Shown: positions 29,515 to 39,975, counted from the stretch's first letter. The stretch: DNA of 64,000 bases from Spirochaetia bacterium (GCA_965203905.1 CBDBDQ010000005.1:4672001-4736000); one strand, 5' to 3'. Translations and numbers: made by a program. Notes: generated by a model not told the origin, from the sequence alone.

Positions 29515-31542
29515 ATGAACACACTTCGATTCCGGCTGCCAGTGGTAGCCCTGGCCATCACTGTCAGCGCCACGGCATGGGCCGGTGGCAGCGAAGAGCA
29601 GGGCGGCGCGACCGCCGCCGAGAGCGCCACCCCCGCCGCCGCGGCCGCCGCGACCGCCATGGCCGCGGGCGACGGCCCGCGCATCTGGGCCACGCTGGCG
29701 GTCTACGAGTCGGACACCGGCAACCGCATCAGCAGCATCAGCGAGTCGCCGATGCTGGCGGCGCGCGTCAGCTCCGGCGACCTGCCGCCGGTGGAGGAAC
29801 GCGTCTCCGAGGAGCCGATGGTGATCCAGCCGTATGCCGAAATCGGCCGCTACGGCGGCACCCTGCGCGGCAAGTCGGTGCGTCCTGCCGGAGACAACGA
29901 CATCGAGTTCATGCGCGGACAGCCGATGCTGCGCGTGTCACCCGACCTCACCGACCTGCTTCCCAACATCGCCAAGGGATGGGAGTTCAACGCCGACAAG
30001 ACCAGCCTGACGGTGTATCTGCGCGCCGGCGCGCGCTGGAGCGACGGGGCTCCGTTCACCACCGACGACATCATGTTCTGGTACCAGGACATGATCCTCA
30101 ACGACAAGATCAGTCCCTCCAAGCCGGGCTGGATGCTGCTGGACGGGGAGATCATCAAGGCCACCAAAGTGGACGACACCACGGTGCGGTTCGACTTCAG
30201 CAAGCCCTACCCGCCGATGCTCAGCGTGCTCGCCACCCTGATCAACGTGCCGGTGTTCGCCCCGCGCCACTACGTGTCGCGCTGGCACGCCGATCACAAC
30301 GACGAGGCGGAGGCCCTGGCCAAGGAGGAAGGGTTCGACAACTGGTGGAGCGCGTTCCTGTTCCACAACCCGACCCGCCTCGGGGCGCGCAAGGAAGCCG
30401 AGCTGCCGGTGATGAACACCTGGATGCTGGAACGCATCGACAGCGCCAACAACCGCTACTTCGTGCGCAACCCCTACTACTGGAAGATCGATACCGCCGG
30501 CAATCAGCTTCCCTACATCGACGAGCACATCGCGGTGTTCGTCGAGGACGTGGAAGTGCTGGTGCTGAAGGAAATCGCCGGCGAGATCGACTACTCGGGA
30601 ACCTGGCATCGCATGGACAACGTGCCCCTGTACCGTGAGAACGAAGCTGCCGGCGGCTTCCGGGTGCTGGTCTGGCGCGCCCCGCGCAACACCCATCCGA
30701 TCATCCTCAACTCGCTGCACAAGGACCCGGTGCTGCGCGACATCTTCAACGACATCCGCTTCCGCCAGGCGCTTTCGCTGAGCATCAATCGCGACGAGCT
30801 CAATGAGACCTTCTTCTTCGGCCTGGCGACGCCGCGCAACTACCACGTGGCGCCGTTCAGCAGCCTGTTCGAGCAGTGGATGGCCGATTACTTCATCGAG
30901 TACGACCCCGACCGCGCCAACGGCCTGCTCGACGAGATGGGCCTGCAGTGGGACGGTGACCGCAAGTACCGGCTGCGGCCGGACGGCGAGACCCTGACCG
31001 TCATCATCGACCACATCAAGCGCGCCGCGCGCGACGCCGCCGTGTTCAAGGAGTACTTCGAGGCGCTCGGCATCCGCACCATCATCAAGGAGGAGGAGCC
31101 GTCGCTGATCAACGCCCGGCGCCGCGCCAACGAGCACGACCTGGTGTGGCGGGAGAAGGCCGAGATCAACGAGTTGAACATGCGCACCCGGTTCGGCGGA
31201 CCGTTCGCCTTTCCCACCTTCGACACCCACCTGCCGTGGTACCAGTGGCACGTCAGCGGCGGCCAGGAGGGCGTCGAGCCGCCCGAGGACGTCAAGGAAC
31301 TGTTCCGGCTGGTGGAGGAGTGGCTGACGACCGAGCCCAACAGCGACGCCTACGTGGAGCTGGGCAAGCAGATTCTGGAGATCAACACGCGCAACCTGTG
31401 GACCATTACCGCGCTCGGCATCGAGCCGTACCCGGTGCTGTTCAAGGCCACGCTGCGCAACACGCCGGAGCAGGCGCTGTGGGACTGGCCCTACCGGTTC
31501 TGGATGCCCTACATGCCGGAACAGTGGTTCTACAGCGAATAG
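29515..31542 (+). CDS. ABC transporter substrate-binding protein (family 5, likely oligosaccharide)
   Basis: Signal peptide ending AWAGG, ESPMLA...LPPVEER, GRYGG, RWSDGAPFT.DDI.F, GNQLPYID, FRQALSLSINR. Confidence 0.93.
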   Translation: MNTLRFRLPVVALAITVSATAWAGGSEEQGGATAAESATPAAAAAATAMAAGDGPRIWATLAVYESDTGNRISSISESPMLAARVSSGDLPPVEERVSEEPMVIQPYAEIGRYGGTLRGKSVRPAGDNDIEFMRGQPMLRVSPDLTDLLPNIAKGWEFNADKTSLTVYLRAGARWSDGAPFTTDDIMFWYQDMILNDKISPSKPGWMLLDGEIIKATKVDDTTVRFDFSKPYPPMLSVLATLINVPVFAPRHYVSRWHADHNDEAEALAKEEGFDNWWSAFLFHNPTRLGARKEAELPVMNTWMLERIDSANNRYFVRNPYYWKIDTAGNQLPYIDEHIAVFVEDVEVLVLKEIAGEIDYSGTWHRMDNVPLYRENEAAGGFRVLVWRAPRNTHPIILNSLHKDPVLRDIFNDIRFRQALSLSINRDELNETFFFGLATPRNYHVAPFSSLFEQWMADYFIEYDPDRANGLLDEMGLQWDGDRKYRLRPDGETLTVIIDHIKRAARDAAVFKEYFEALGIRTIIKEEEPSLINARRRANEHDLVWREKAEINELNMRTRFGGPFAFPTFDTHLPWYQWHVSGGQEGVEPPEDVKELFRLVEEWLTTEPNSDAYVELGKQILEINTRNLWTITALGIEPYPVLFKATLRNTPEQALWDWPYRFWMPYMPEQWFYSE

Positions 31543-31682
31543 CGCCCCGAGACCGTCGCCTGCCGCGCCGGTCGCGGCCGGTCCGGTCCGGTTTGCCGGG
31601 ACCTCGTCGGCGTGAACCCGGCAAGCTCCTGACGCCGGTCTAACCGTGGGGTGGGGGAGTCCGCCTCCGCCCCGCATACCGC

Positions 31683-32678
31683 ATGCTCGACTACATCGCG
31701 CGCCGCGGGCTGTTCACGCTGATGCTGCTGGTGCTGGTGTCGGTGGTCTCCTTCGTCATCATCCAGCTTCCGCCGGGCGATTACCTGTCCACCTACATCA
31801 TGGCCCTGCAGGAGCAGGGCGAGGACGTTTCCGAGGCGCAGATCGAGTCGCTGCGCGCCCACTACGGCCTGGGGCTGCCGATCTACGTGCAGTACTTCAA
31901 GTGGATGTGGGGCGTGCTGCGCGGCAACTTCGGCGTCTCCTTCGAGTGGAACCAGCCGGTGGCGTCGCTCATCGGCGAGCGCCTGGCCCTGACCCTGACG
32001 ATCTCCCTGGCCACCCTGGTGTTCACCTACCTGCTGGCGATTCCGATCGGCATCTACTCCGCCACCCACCAATACTCGGTCGGCGACTACACCTTCACCA
32101 CCGTCGGCTTCATCGGGCTGGCGACCCCCAACTTCCTGCTGGCGCTGATCCTGATGTTCCTGTTCTTCAAGTACCTGGGGCTGAGCGTGGGCGGCCTGTT
32201 CTCGCCCGAGTACCTGGGCGAACCGTGGTCGCTGGCAAAGGTATTTGACCTGATCCGCCACCTGCCGATTCCGATCATCGTGGTCGGCACGGCGGGAACC
32301 GCGGCCATCATCCGCATCATGCGCGGCTCGCTGCTGGACGAGCTGCGGCGCCAGTACGTGATCACCGCCCGCGCAAAGGGGCTGAAGGAGCGGGCGCTGC
32401 TGTTCAAGTACCCGGTGCGGGTGGCGGTGAATCCTATCGTCAGCACCATCGGCTGGGCGCTGCCGGGCACCATTTCCGGGGCCACCATCACCGCCATCGT
32501 GCTCAGTCTGCCCACCGCGGGGCCGCTGCTGCTGCGCTCGCTGCGGTCGCAGGACATGTACCTGGCGGCCAGCGTGGTGATGATTCTGAGCGCCATGACC
32601 ATCGTCGGCACCTTTCTGTCCGACCTGCTGCTGGCCTGGGTCGACCCACGCATCCGCTTCGAGCGCAGCCGCACGTAA
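31683..32678 (+). CDS. ABC permease (DppB/OppB-like)
   Basis: YIARR, IIQLPPGDY, EAA-type loop DELRRQYVITARAKGL, DPRIR. Confidence 0.95.
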   Translation: MLDYIARRGLFTLMLLVLVSVVSFVIIQLPPGDYLSTYIMALQEQGEDVSEAQIESLRAHYGLGLPIYVQYFKWMWGVLRGNFGVSFEWNQPVASLIGERLALTLTISLATLVFTYLLAIPIGIYSATHQYSVGDYTFTTVGFIGLATPNFLLALILMFLFFKYLGLSVGGLFSPEYLGEPWSLAKVFDLIRHLPIPIIVVGTAGTAAIIRIMRGSLLDELRRQYVITARAKGLKERALLFKYPVRVAVNPIVSTIGWALPGTISGATITAIVLSLPTAGPLLLRSLRSQDMYLAASVVMILSAMTIVGTFLSDLLLAWVDPRIRFERSRT

Positions 32679-33802
32679 TGAGCGCTACCGACTCCACCAC
32701 CGCTACCGCCGCCGCCGAGCGACGCGAGGAGCGCTACTACCTGGCCTCCCAGTGGCAGCTCGCCTGGCGCAAGTTCCGCGGCCACCGCCTCGCCATCGCC
32801 GGCGGCTGGGTGCTGGCGGCGTTCTACGTGCTGGCGCTGTGCGCCGACTTCATCGCCCCCTACGACGTGGATCTGCGCAGCTCCTTCATCTACATGCCGC
32901 CGCAGCGGGTGCGGGTGCTGGCCGACGGCCGGCTGCATGCCCCGTTCGTGTACGCCACCACCAGCGCGGTCGACATGCAGAGCTTCGCCCGCACCTACAC
33001 CGAGGATACGAGCGCGCGCTACCCGGTGCGCCTGCTGGTGCGCGGCTACGAGTACCGACTGTTGGGCCTCATCCCGACCCGCATCCACCTGTTCGGGGTG
33101 GAGGAGCCGGCCACGCTGTTCCTGTTCGGCACCGACAACCTGGGGCGCGATTTCTTTTCGCGGGTCATGCTCGCGGCGCGGGTGTCGCTCTCCATCGGCT
33201 TGGTGGGGGTGGCGCTGAGCTTCGTGCTCGGGGTGCTGTTAGGCGGCGTTTCCGGCTACTACGGCGGCACGGTGGACCTGTTCGTGCAGCGTCTCATCGA
33301 GTTCCTGCTCTCCATTCCCAAGATCCCGCTGTGGATGGCGCTGGCCGCGGCACTGCCGGTGGACTGGCCGGTGGTGAAGGTCTACTTCGGCATCACCATC
33401 ATTCTCTCGGTGATCGGCTGGACCGGGCTGGCGCGGGTGGTGCGCGGCAAGCTGCTGCAACTGCGCGAGGAGGACTACAGCACCGCCGCGGTGGTGGCGG
33501 GCGCGGCCGACTGGCAGATCATCCTGCGCCACCTGCTGCCGGGCTTCATGAGCTACCTGATCGTGACGCTGACGCTGGCGATCCCGGAGATGATCCTGGC
33601 CGAGACCGCGCTGAGCTTCCTGGGGATCGGTCTCAAGCCACCGGCGGTGAGCTGGGGCGTTCTGCTGCAGGATGCCCAGAACGTGCGTACCGTGGCGCTG
33701 TACCCGTGGCTGCTCCTGCCCGGGCTGTTCATCATCTTCACCGTGCTGGCGTTCAACTTCCTGGGCGACGGCGCCCGCGACGCCGCCGACCCCTACCGCT
33801 GA
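32678..33802 (+). CDS. ABC permease (DppC/OppC-like)
   Basis: FGTDNLGRD, ARVVRGK, ETALSFLGIG, SWG.LL, GDGARDAADP. Confidence 0.95.
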   Translation: MSATDSTTATAAAERREERYYLASQWQLAWRKFRGHRLAIAGGWVLAAFYVLALCADFIAPYDVDLRSSFIYMPPQRVRVLADGRLHAPFVYATTSAVDMQSFARTYTEDTSARYPVRLLVRGYEYRLLGLIPTRIHLFGVEEPATLFLFGTDNLGRDFFSRVMLAARVSLSIGLVGVALSFVLGVLLGGVSGYYGGTVDLFVQRLIEFLLSIPKIPLWMALAAALPVDWPVVKVYFGITIILSVIGWTGLARVVRGKLLQLREEDYSTAAVVAGAADWQIILRHLLPGFMSYLIVTLTLAIPEMILAETALSFLGIGLKPPAVSWGVLLQDAQNVRTVALYPWLLLPGLFIIFTVLAFNFLGDGARDAADPYR

Positions 33803-35367
33803 CCCGTCTCGAAAGCTTCCCGGTAGAGCGCTTCGATCCGTCCGATCTCATCCTGGGTCAGCGCCGCGAATTCCTTCGTCCGGGCGCGGCGCGACAGTGT
33901 CCCGTTGTTCAGGCGCAGGAACCGGAACAGGAGGTCGGACACACGGTCAGGCATGTCGACGATCCGGTTCACTCCAGTGCGAAACGCATCGTACCGTCCC
34001 AGGAACTCGGCCTCGTTCGGCAGGTCGTGCTCGATGGTCCGCTGCACGCACCCGTAGAGGAATTCGGCGTGCGGTGTGGCATCGAAGAACCGGTAGAAGT
34101 CGGCCGTGTCGTTCAGCACGCGCACGTTGCCGTCTGCGGTCGGTTGCCAATCGACCACCGGCAGCAGTCTCCTGGAGTAATCCTCCAGCGTCGAGCGGTA
34201 CTCGCGGATCCGGTGCAGGATCGCGGAAGAGACGGGAAACGTCACGCCGGGAGGATTGAAGCCCCGCTCGGCCAGGACGTGGTGTACCAGGTAGCGGTGC
34301 ACTCTGCCGTTGCCGTCCTCGAAGGGGTGGATGTAGACGAAGCCGAACGCCAGGATCGCGGCGGCCAACACCGGGTCGAACTCGCGCGCTGCCTGGCGGT
34401 CGAAGGCGATCAGGCCGTCGACCAGTTGTTGCAGGTCTTCCGGCTTGGCACTTACGTGGCTGGGGATCGGCTGCCGAGTCTCGCGGTCCCGTTCGCCGAC
34501 AAAGCCGCCCTCGTTGCGCAAACCGAGCGGTACGAAGCGATCGTCGCCGATCACGATGCGCTGCAGCCGGCACAGTTCTGCGACGTCCAGCGGCTGCTTG
34601 CCCGCCTGGCCGATGGCGTGGCCCCAGCGCTGGATGCGGGCCTGTGGCGGCCGCTCACCTTCAATCGCGTAGCTCGCCCGGGAGTCGTCGAGCAGCAGAA
34701 ACGCGGCGGCTCGCGCCAGGAGGTCGCGGGGCACCGCCGCCGCGGCGGCGTGTGCTCGTGATTGCAGGTCGAGGGCGAGGAAGCGGTCCAGCCGCTCGGT
34801 ACGGAATACCAGCGGGCAGAATCCCGGCGTACCGGGGAGGTTGTTCTTGACGCGATGGCGGGAGGAATTCACGGCGCCAGCCACGAATTGGCGCTTGGGG
34901 TCGACCACCAGTGGATAGGCGCCGCGGTCGGCGTTCGGCAGGCCGAGCCGCCGGCCCGTGAGCCATTCGTAGAGGAACCAGATGCGCCGTGCGTAGGCAC
35001 CGGTCGGCGCGGCCCTGACGATCGCCTCTATCGGGGAGGGACCGCTGGCGGCAAACAGGCGCTTGAGCACTGCCAGATCAACTCCCTCATGTTTCAGGGC
35101 GAACGTGAGGTGGCCGTCCAGCCTCGGTGGCGGCGCGTACGAGGGTGAGTAGATCCGCCATCCGTCTTTCACCAGCGTGCGATGCCGCTCACCGGTGGCG
35201 CTCAGCGTGCGTGGGAGTGGTACGTTCAGGTCGAAGGCGTCGATGAGCGCGGCGTAGCCGGCTGGGGTGGCTGTTACCGGAAGGCTCTGTTCCCGAAAAA
35301 CGGTAACCGACCATGAAAAACGATACTTAGTGGACGTAGCTTGCAAGAAACAATAACTTGCCCTCAA
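33793..35367 (-). CDS. Fic family protein with long N-terminal domain (start uncertain)
   Basis: Canonical Fic motif HPFEDGNGRVHR. AT-rich upstream region. Confidence 0.9.
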   Translation of the reverse strand: MRASYCFLQATSTKYRFSWSVTVFREQSLPVTATPAGYAALIDAFDLNVPLPRTLSATGERHRTLVKDGWRIYSPSYAPPPRLDGHLTFALKHEGVDLAVLKRLFAASGPSPIEAIVRAAPTGAYARRIWFLYEWLTGRRLGLPNADRGAYPLVVDPKRQFVAGAVNSSRHRVKNNLPGTPGFCPLVFRTERLDRFLALDLQSRAHAAAAAVPRDLLARAAAFLLLDDSRASYAIEGERPPQARIQRWGHAIGQAGKQPLDVAELCRLQRIVIGDDRFVPLGLRNEGGFVGERDRETRQPIPSHVSAKPEDLQQLVDGLIAFDRQAAREFDPVLAAAILAFGFVYIHPFEDGNGRVHRYLVHHVLAERGFNPPGVTFPVSSAILHRIREYRSTLEDYSRRLLPVVDWQPTADGNVRVLNDTADFYRFFDATPHAEFLYGCVQRTIEHDLPNEAEFLGRYDAFRTGVNRIVDMPDRVSDLLFRFLRLNNGTLSRRARTKEFAALTQDEIGRIEALYREAFETGQR

Positions 35368-35509
35368 TTGTAATAATTTACAAGGGCAATCTACAAAAAA
35401 CGAGACTGTCCGGTGGCACTGGTGTCACTATCGTCAACCCTGGCAACGGCTGACGTCGCTCACCGCTGTTCACGGCTGATCTGAACGTACTAGGCGCCGG
35501 CGGCGCCGC

Positions 35510-36352
35510 TCAGGCGGTGGTGGCCCGTGGCAGTTCCACTGCGGGGCGGCCGTTGCGGTCCACCCAGACACCGCACGGGCCGCCGCCAGCGCCTTTCTCC
35601 AGTGCCACCTCGTGGCCGTCCATGTCCAGCACGGGGAAGTAGTAGTGGGCTACCTGCCGGGCCTCGGCGGCGATGTAGTGGGCGATCAGCGCGCGGCGGA
35701 AGCGGGTGCGGCTGCGGTTGGGCAGGCTGCCGTGGATCACCTGGCCGTTGAAGAACAGCACGTCCCCCGGCTCCATGATCACGTCCTCGGGCTGGAGGCC
35801 CGGCGCAAGTGGCACGGTTACGTTGGTGAAGCTGGTGTCGTGGTCGGCCTGCTCCGCGCACAGCACCGGGGTGTCGCGGGTGCCCGGCACCACCTGCAGG
35901 CAGCCGGTCTCGCGGTCGCAGCGGTCCACGGCCATCCAGGCGGCGATGCAGGTGCCCGGCTGGACGCGCAGGTAGTACTGGTCCTGGTGCAGGGCCTGCC
36001 CGCGCGCCCCCGGCGGCTTGAAGTAGAACATGGTCTGCACGGCGTACGGGTCGCGCCCGGTCAGGGCGTTGAGCCAGGTTCGCAGGCGCGCGTCGAGCAG
36101 CCAGTCGCGGCTCACGCCGTCGTGCCGGTGCGGCTGCATGATGCGCGGATACACGGCCAGCGGGTCTTCGAGGTCGGTGATATCGTCACCGACGTGCAGG
36201 GTGCCGGCGGCAAGTTGGCCCTGGCGCATGGCCTCGAAGTGGGCGCGCAGGCGATCGGTCTCGCTGCGGCTGAACAGCCCCGCCACCACGGTGTATCCCT
36301 GCTCCTCGTAACACCGGATCAGGTCGGGATCGAGGGCGGTCGCAAGGCTCAT
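35510..36352 (-). CDS. Phytanoyl-CoA dioxygenase (PhyH) family enzyme
   Basis: RBS AGGAGGAG, FKPPGARGQALHQD, GCLQVVPG, IHGSLPNRS..RFRR. Confidence 0.92.
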   Translation of the reverse strand: MSLATALDPDLIRCYEEQGYTVVAGLFSRSETDRLRAHFEAMRQGQLAAGTLHVGDDITDLEDPLAVYPRIMQPHRHDGVSRDWLLDARLRTWLNALTGRDPYAVQTMFYFKPPGARGQALHQDQYYLRVQPGTCIAAWMAVDRCDRETGCLQVVPGTRDTPVLCAEQADHDTSFTNVTVPLAPGLQPEDVIMEPGDVLFFNGQVIHGSLPNRSRTRFRRALIAHYIAAEARQVAHYYFPVLDMDGHEVALEKGAGGGPCGVWVDRNGRPAVELPRATTA

Positions 36353-36400
36353 GGTCTCCTCCTGGTGAACTTGACGCTGGGTTCCCGGCGCGAATGCTGC

Positions 36401-36499
36401 GCTACCGGCGTTCCGCAGCCGGAGGTGCCGCCAGCACGGCCAGCGGGCGTGCTGGCGCAGCATACGTCTCCCGTGGCGTGATCAACAATCCCCGGTCGA
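36401..36499 (-). repeat. Diverged duplicate of the 3' end of glgX (matches 37501-37598)
   Basis: GCAGCATACGTCTCC...GGCGTGA(T/C)CAACAATCCCCGGTCGA occurs in both places, and the flanks align by eye. Confidence 0.85.
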
Positions 36500-36521
36500 G
36501 GGCAGTCGAGGGCTCCGGGCT

Positions 36522-37451
36522 TCATGAGGTGCCTGATCGTGACGCCGACACGGACGTGATCTCCCGGATCACCTGCAGGATCTTTCGTACTCGCGGCGGG
36601 CTGTCGGTGCCGGGCGATCGTGCCGAGTCCAGCGCAAGGAGCTGCTTCCAGAGTGCCCAACCGCGCGCCCGCTGCCAGACGCCGCCGTCGAGTTGCAGGG
36701 TGGCGCGAAAGATCGCTCTGCTGTCCTCGTCGAGCAGAGTCCAGGCGACCGTCAGATCGCACGCGGGATCCCCCGCCGCCAACTGGCCGAAGTCGATGAC
36801 GGCATGCAGTTGCCCGTCCCGCACCAGCAGGTTGCCGGCGGTGACGTCACCATGCACCCACAACGGATTGCCCTTCCACCGCGATCCCAGCGCCCGGCGC
36901 CACGTTTCCAGCGCCGCAGTGTGATCGATGAGGTCGCCGTACCGATCAAGCAGTCGATCGGTTTCGGCTTGGTAGATGGCGAGATCCCCTCCGCGGTGGA
37001 AGTTCTCCGGCCCCGGTGCCGGGGCATCGGCGGCGTCCACGCCTTGCAGCGCAACCAGAAAGCTCGCGAGCCGGTGCGCAAAGTCGCGCAGGTCGCGAAT
37101 GTTCATCCGCGTGGCAGGCTCTCCGGGGATCCATCGGTTCAGTGCCCAATGCCAGGGGTAGCCTGCCCCAGGCGTCCCCAGAGCGACCGGCTGCGGTATC
37201 GGCAGGGGCAGATGGCCGGCCAGTCTCGGCAGCCACTCATGCTCGGTCAGCAGGCGGGGAGCGTAGCGGCTGGTGCTCGGCAGGCGGGCGCACAGTGAGC
37301 CGCCGACCCGAAAGGTGCGGTTGTCGTGGCCGCCTGGGACGACCGGTGCGACCGGCAATTCCCGATACCGGGGGAACTGCTCGCCAACCAGCCGGCGGAC
37401 GAGGTCCGCATCGATCGCAGTCGCTACGGCGTATTGGCGCCCGGAGCCCAC
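36522..37451 (-). CDS. Aminoglycoside phosphotransferase-like kinase
   Basis: GGHDNRTFRVG, ARLP, WVHGDVTAGNLLV, VIDFG, GDPACDL. Confidence 0.9.
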   Translation of the reverse strand: MGSGRQYAVATAIDADLVRRLVGEQFPRYRELPVAPVVPGGHDNRTFRVGGSLCARLPSTSRYAPRLLTEHEWLPRLAGHLPLPIPQPVALGTPGAGYPWHWALNRWIPGEPATRMNIRDLRDFAHRLASFLVALQGVDAADAPAPGPENFHRGGDLAIYQAETDRLLDRYGDLIDHTAALETWRRALGSRWKGNPLWVHGDVTAGNLLVRDGQLHAVIDFGQLAAGDPACDLTVAWTLLDEDSRAIFRATLQLDGGVWQRARGWALWKQLLALDSARSPGTDSPPRVRKILQVIREITSVSASRSGTS

Positions 37452-37502
37452 GGGTTGATCAGGTCCAGGCCACAGGTAGCCTATCCGCCAGCCTGCGGCG
37501 GC

Positions 37503-39557
37503 TCAGCGGTTCGGAGCGGAGGGCGCCGCGAGCAGCACCAGCGAGCGTGCGCCGGCAGCATACGTCTCCTGCGGCGTGACCAACAATCCCCGGTCGACGC
37601 TGCTGATGTCGTCCGGCGGCCGCAGCGAGGTATCGATCACCCGCCGCCACGCTCCGCCGTGGGGGGCGGCCGGAACCGCGAACTCCCGCTCTGCGGCAGC
37701 GGCGTTGAGGACCAGGTACAGGTCGCCGGCGACGCTTCCCAGGCAGGCCGCCAGGGAGGACGCTCGGAGGCTCCAGTCGGGGGTGCCGCCGCTGGGGCCG
37801 AACCAGCGCACGCCTTCGTCGCGCGGCGCCGTCTCGGCGTAGAACGCGTCCCGCTGCAGCGCCGGGTGCGTGGCACGCAGGGCCGCCAGCGCCCGGCAGA
37901 AGCGGCCCAGCTCGGCGCCGCGCACGGTGGGCGTCCAGTCGAACCAGGACAGCTCGCTGTCCTGGCAGTAGGCGTTGTTGTTGCCCCGCTGCGTGCGCCC
38001 CAACTCGTCGCCGCCCAGCAGCAGCGGTGTGCCCAGGGAAAGGAACAGCGTGGCCAGCAGGTTCTTGCTCTGGCGCAGGCGCACGGCCAGAATCTCGGGA
38101 TCGTCGCTGGGACCCTCCACCCCGTAGTTGGCGCTCGGTTCGTGGTCGCTGCCGTCGCGGTTGCCCTCGCCGTTGGCGTGGTTGTGCTTGGCCGCGTAGC
38201 TCACCAGGTCGTTGAGGGTGAAGCCGTCGTGGGAGGTGATGAAGTTGACGCTGTGAAACGGCCGGCGCCCGTTGCCCTGGTACAGGTCGGAGCTGCCGGC
38301 GAGCCGGGTGGCGAGGTCGGCCGCCACCCCGTCGCCGCGCCAGAAACGGCGCACGTCGTCGCGGAAGCGGTCGTTGAGCTCGGCCCAGCGGTCGCCGGGA
38401 AACTTGCCCACCTGGTAGGCGCCCGCCGCGTCCCAGGCCTCGGCGATGATCTTGGTGTCGCGCAGCACGGGGTCTTCTCCGATCTGCTCCAGGATCGGGG
38501 TATTGGCGCTCAGGTTGCCGGAGCGGTCGCGGCCGAGCACCGACGCCAGATCGAAACGGAAGCCGTCGACGTGCATCTCCACCACCCAGTAGTGCAGGCA
38601 GTCCATGATCATGCGGCGCACCACCGGGTGGTTGCAGTTGAGGGTGTTGCGGCAGCCGGTGAAGTCGAGGTAGCGGCTGCGGTCGGCGCCGTCCAGCAGG
38701 TAGTAGATGCTGTTGTCCAGGCCGCGGTAGGAGAGGGTGGGGCCGCTGGCGTCGCCCTCGGGGGAATGGTTGAACACCATGTCCAGGATCACCTCGATCC
38801 CGGCGGCGTGCAGTTCCCGCACCATGTCCTTGAACTCGGTGACCTGGGCGCCGGGGGTGGTCGCGGAGCTGTACCGCCGCTTCGGTGCGAACAGGCCGAT
38901 CGGGTTGTAGCCCCAGTAGTTCACCAGCGGCTCTGCGTCCGGCGCCACCGCGCCGGCGGCGTACTCGTCCGACTCCTGTACCGGCAGCAACTGGACGGCT
39001 GTGACCCCCAGCGCCTGCAGGTGGGGGATGCGCTCGCACACGCCGCGAAAGGTGCCGGGGTGCGCCACTCCCGCGCTGGGATGAACGGTGAATCCGCGGA
39101 CGTGCACTTCGTAGATCAGGCTGCGCTGCAGCGGGTGCCGCGGGTGGCGTTCGCCGGCCCAGTCGAAGTCGTCGCGCACCACCACGCAGCGCGGTCGCAA
39201 AGCCGGTAACTCGGCCGCCCGCCGGCGCGCGGGGAGGGCGCCGGTGAATGCCTTGGCGTAGGGGTCGAACAGCGGCCGTGCCGGGTCGAAGCGATGTCCC
39301 TCGTCCGGCGCGAAGGGGCCGTCCACGCGGTACAGGTAACACCAGCCGGCGCCAACCCCCTCCACCAGGCCGTGCCAGATGTCCCCGGTCCGGTGTTCCT
39401 CCCGGCACAGGGGGAGCTCCGCGGTCGGCAGAGTAGCCTCCCCGTCTTCGAACAGGAGTAGCGTGACCGCGCTGGCGTGGCGGCTGAACAGCGCGAACTG
39501 GGTGCCGCCGTCGAGCACGGTGGCTCCCAGCGGCAGGGGGCGTCCACGGCTGATCAC
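37503..39557 (-). CDS. glgX: Glycogen debranching enzyme (isoamylase)
   Basis: GRPLPLGAT, IYEVHVRGFT, NYWGYNP, DGFRFDLAS, IAEAWDA, NFITSHDGFTL, GNNNAYCQD. Confidence 0.95.
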   Translation of the reverse strand: MISRGRPLPLGATVLDGGTQFALFSRHASAVTLLLFEDGEATLPTAELPLCREEHRTGDIWHGLVEGVGAGWCYLYRVDGPFAPDEGHRFDPARPLFDPYAKAFTGALPARRRAAELPALRPRCVVVRDDFDWAGERHPRHPLQRSLIYEVHVRGFTVHPSAGVAHPGTFRGVCERIPHLQALGVTAVQLLPVQESDEYAAGAVAPDAEPLVNYWGYNPIGLFAPKRRYSSATTPGAQVTEFKDMVRELHAAGIEVILDMVFNHSPEGDASGPTLSYRGLDNSIYYLLDGADRSRYLDFTGCRNTLNCNHPVVRRMIMDCLHYWVVEMHVDGFRFDLASVLGRDRSGNLSANTPILEQIGEDPVLRDTKIIAEAWDAAGAYQVGKFPGDRWAELNDRFRDDVRRFWRGDGVAADLATRLAGSSDLYQGNGRRPFHSVNFITSHDGFTLNDLVSYAAKHNHANGEGNRDGSDHEPSANYGVEGPSDDPEILAVRLRQSKNLLATLFLSLGTPLLLGGDELGRTQRGNNNAYCQDSELSWFDWTPTVRGAELGRFCRALAALRATHPALQRDAFYAETAPRDEGVRWFGPSGGTPDWSLRASSLAACLGSVAGDLYLVLNAAAAEREFAVPAAPHGGAWRRVIDTSLRPPDDISSVDRGLLVTPQETYAAGARSLVLLAAPSAPNR

Positions 39558-39664
39558 GGAGCGATAGGTACCACGCGCGCAGCCCGCGTGCAACGGCTTG
39601 ATCGCCATACCGCGTCCGTTACCCGTTGGGTGGCGAGCGTCCGGTGGAGGTCTACGCCACGGGG

Positions 39665-39975
39665 GCATGCCTGGTCGATCCGGACATCGGCTAGGCCGGA
39701 GACGTCGACACCGCCATGGCCATGCTGCACTTCCCGAGCGGCGCGCTGTGCATCATCGAGAACGGCCGCCGCTGCAGCTACGGCGCCGAGGACCGGGTCG
39801 AGGTGTTCGGCGCCCGCGGCCTGGTGCGCACGCAGACGCCTCCCGCCGGACACGTGCAGCGCTTGACTGCCGCGGGGATAGAGCGGGACCGATACACTGA
39901 CAACATCGGCTACGAGGGTTTTGCCGGCGCACTGGACGAGTTCATCGCCGCGGTGCAGGAGGGCCGCCCCGTGGT
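39665..39975 (+). pseudogene. C-terminal fragment of a myo-inositol dehydrogenase-like Gfo/Idh/MocA gene
   Basis: CLVDPDIG*AGDVDTAMAMLHFPSGALCIIENGRRCSYGAEDRVEVFG, with an internal TAG at 39692 and no N-terminal Rossmann domain. Confidence 0.7.

Noticed and set aside
39692-39694. In-frame TAG as possible pyrrolysine or readthrough
   Set aside because: It lies in a 5'-truncated fragment and there are no pyl genes. It is a simple nonsense mutation.
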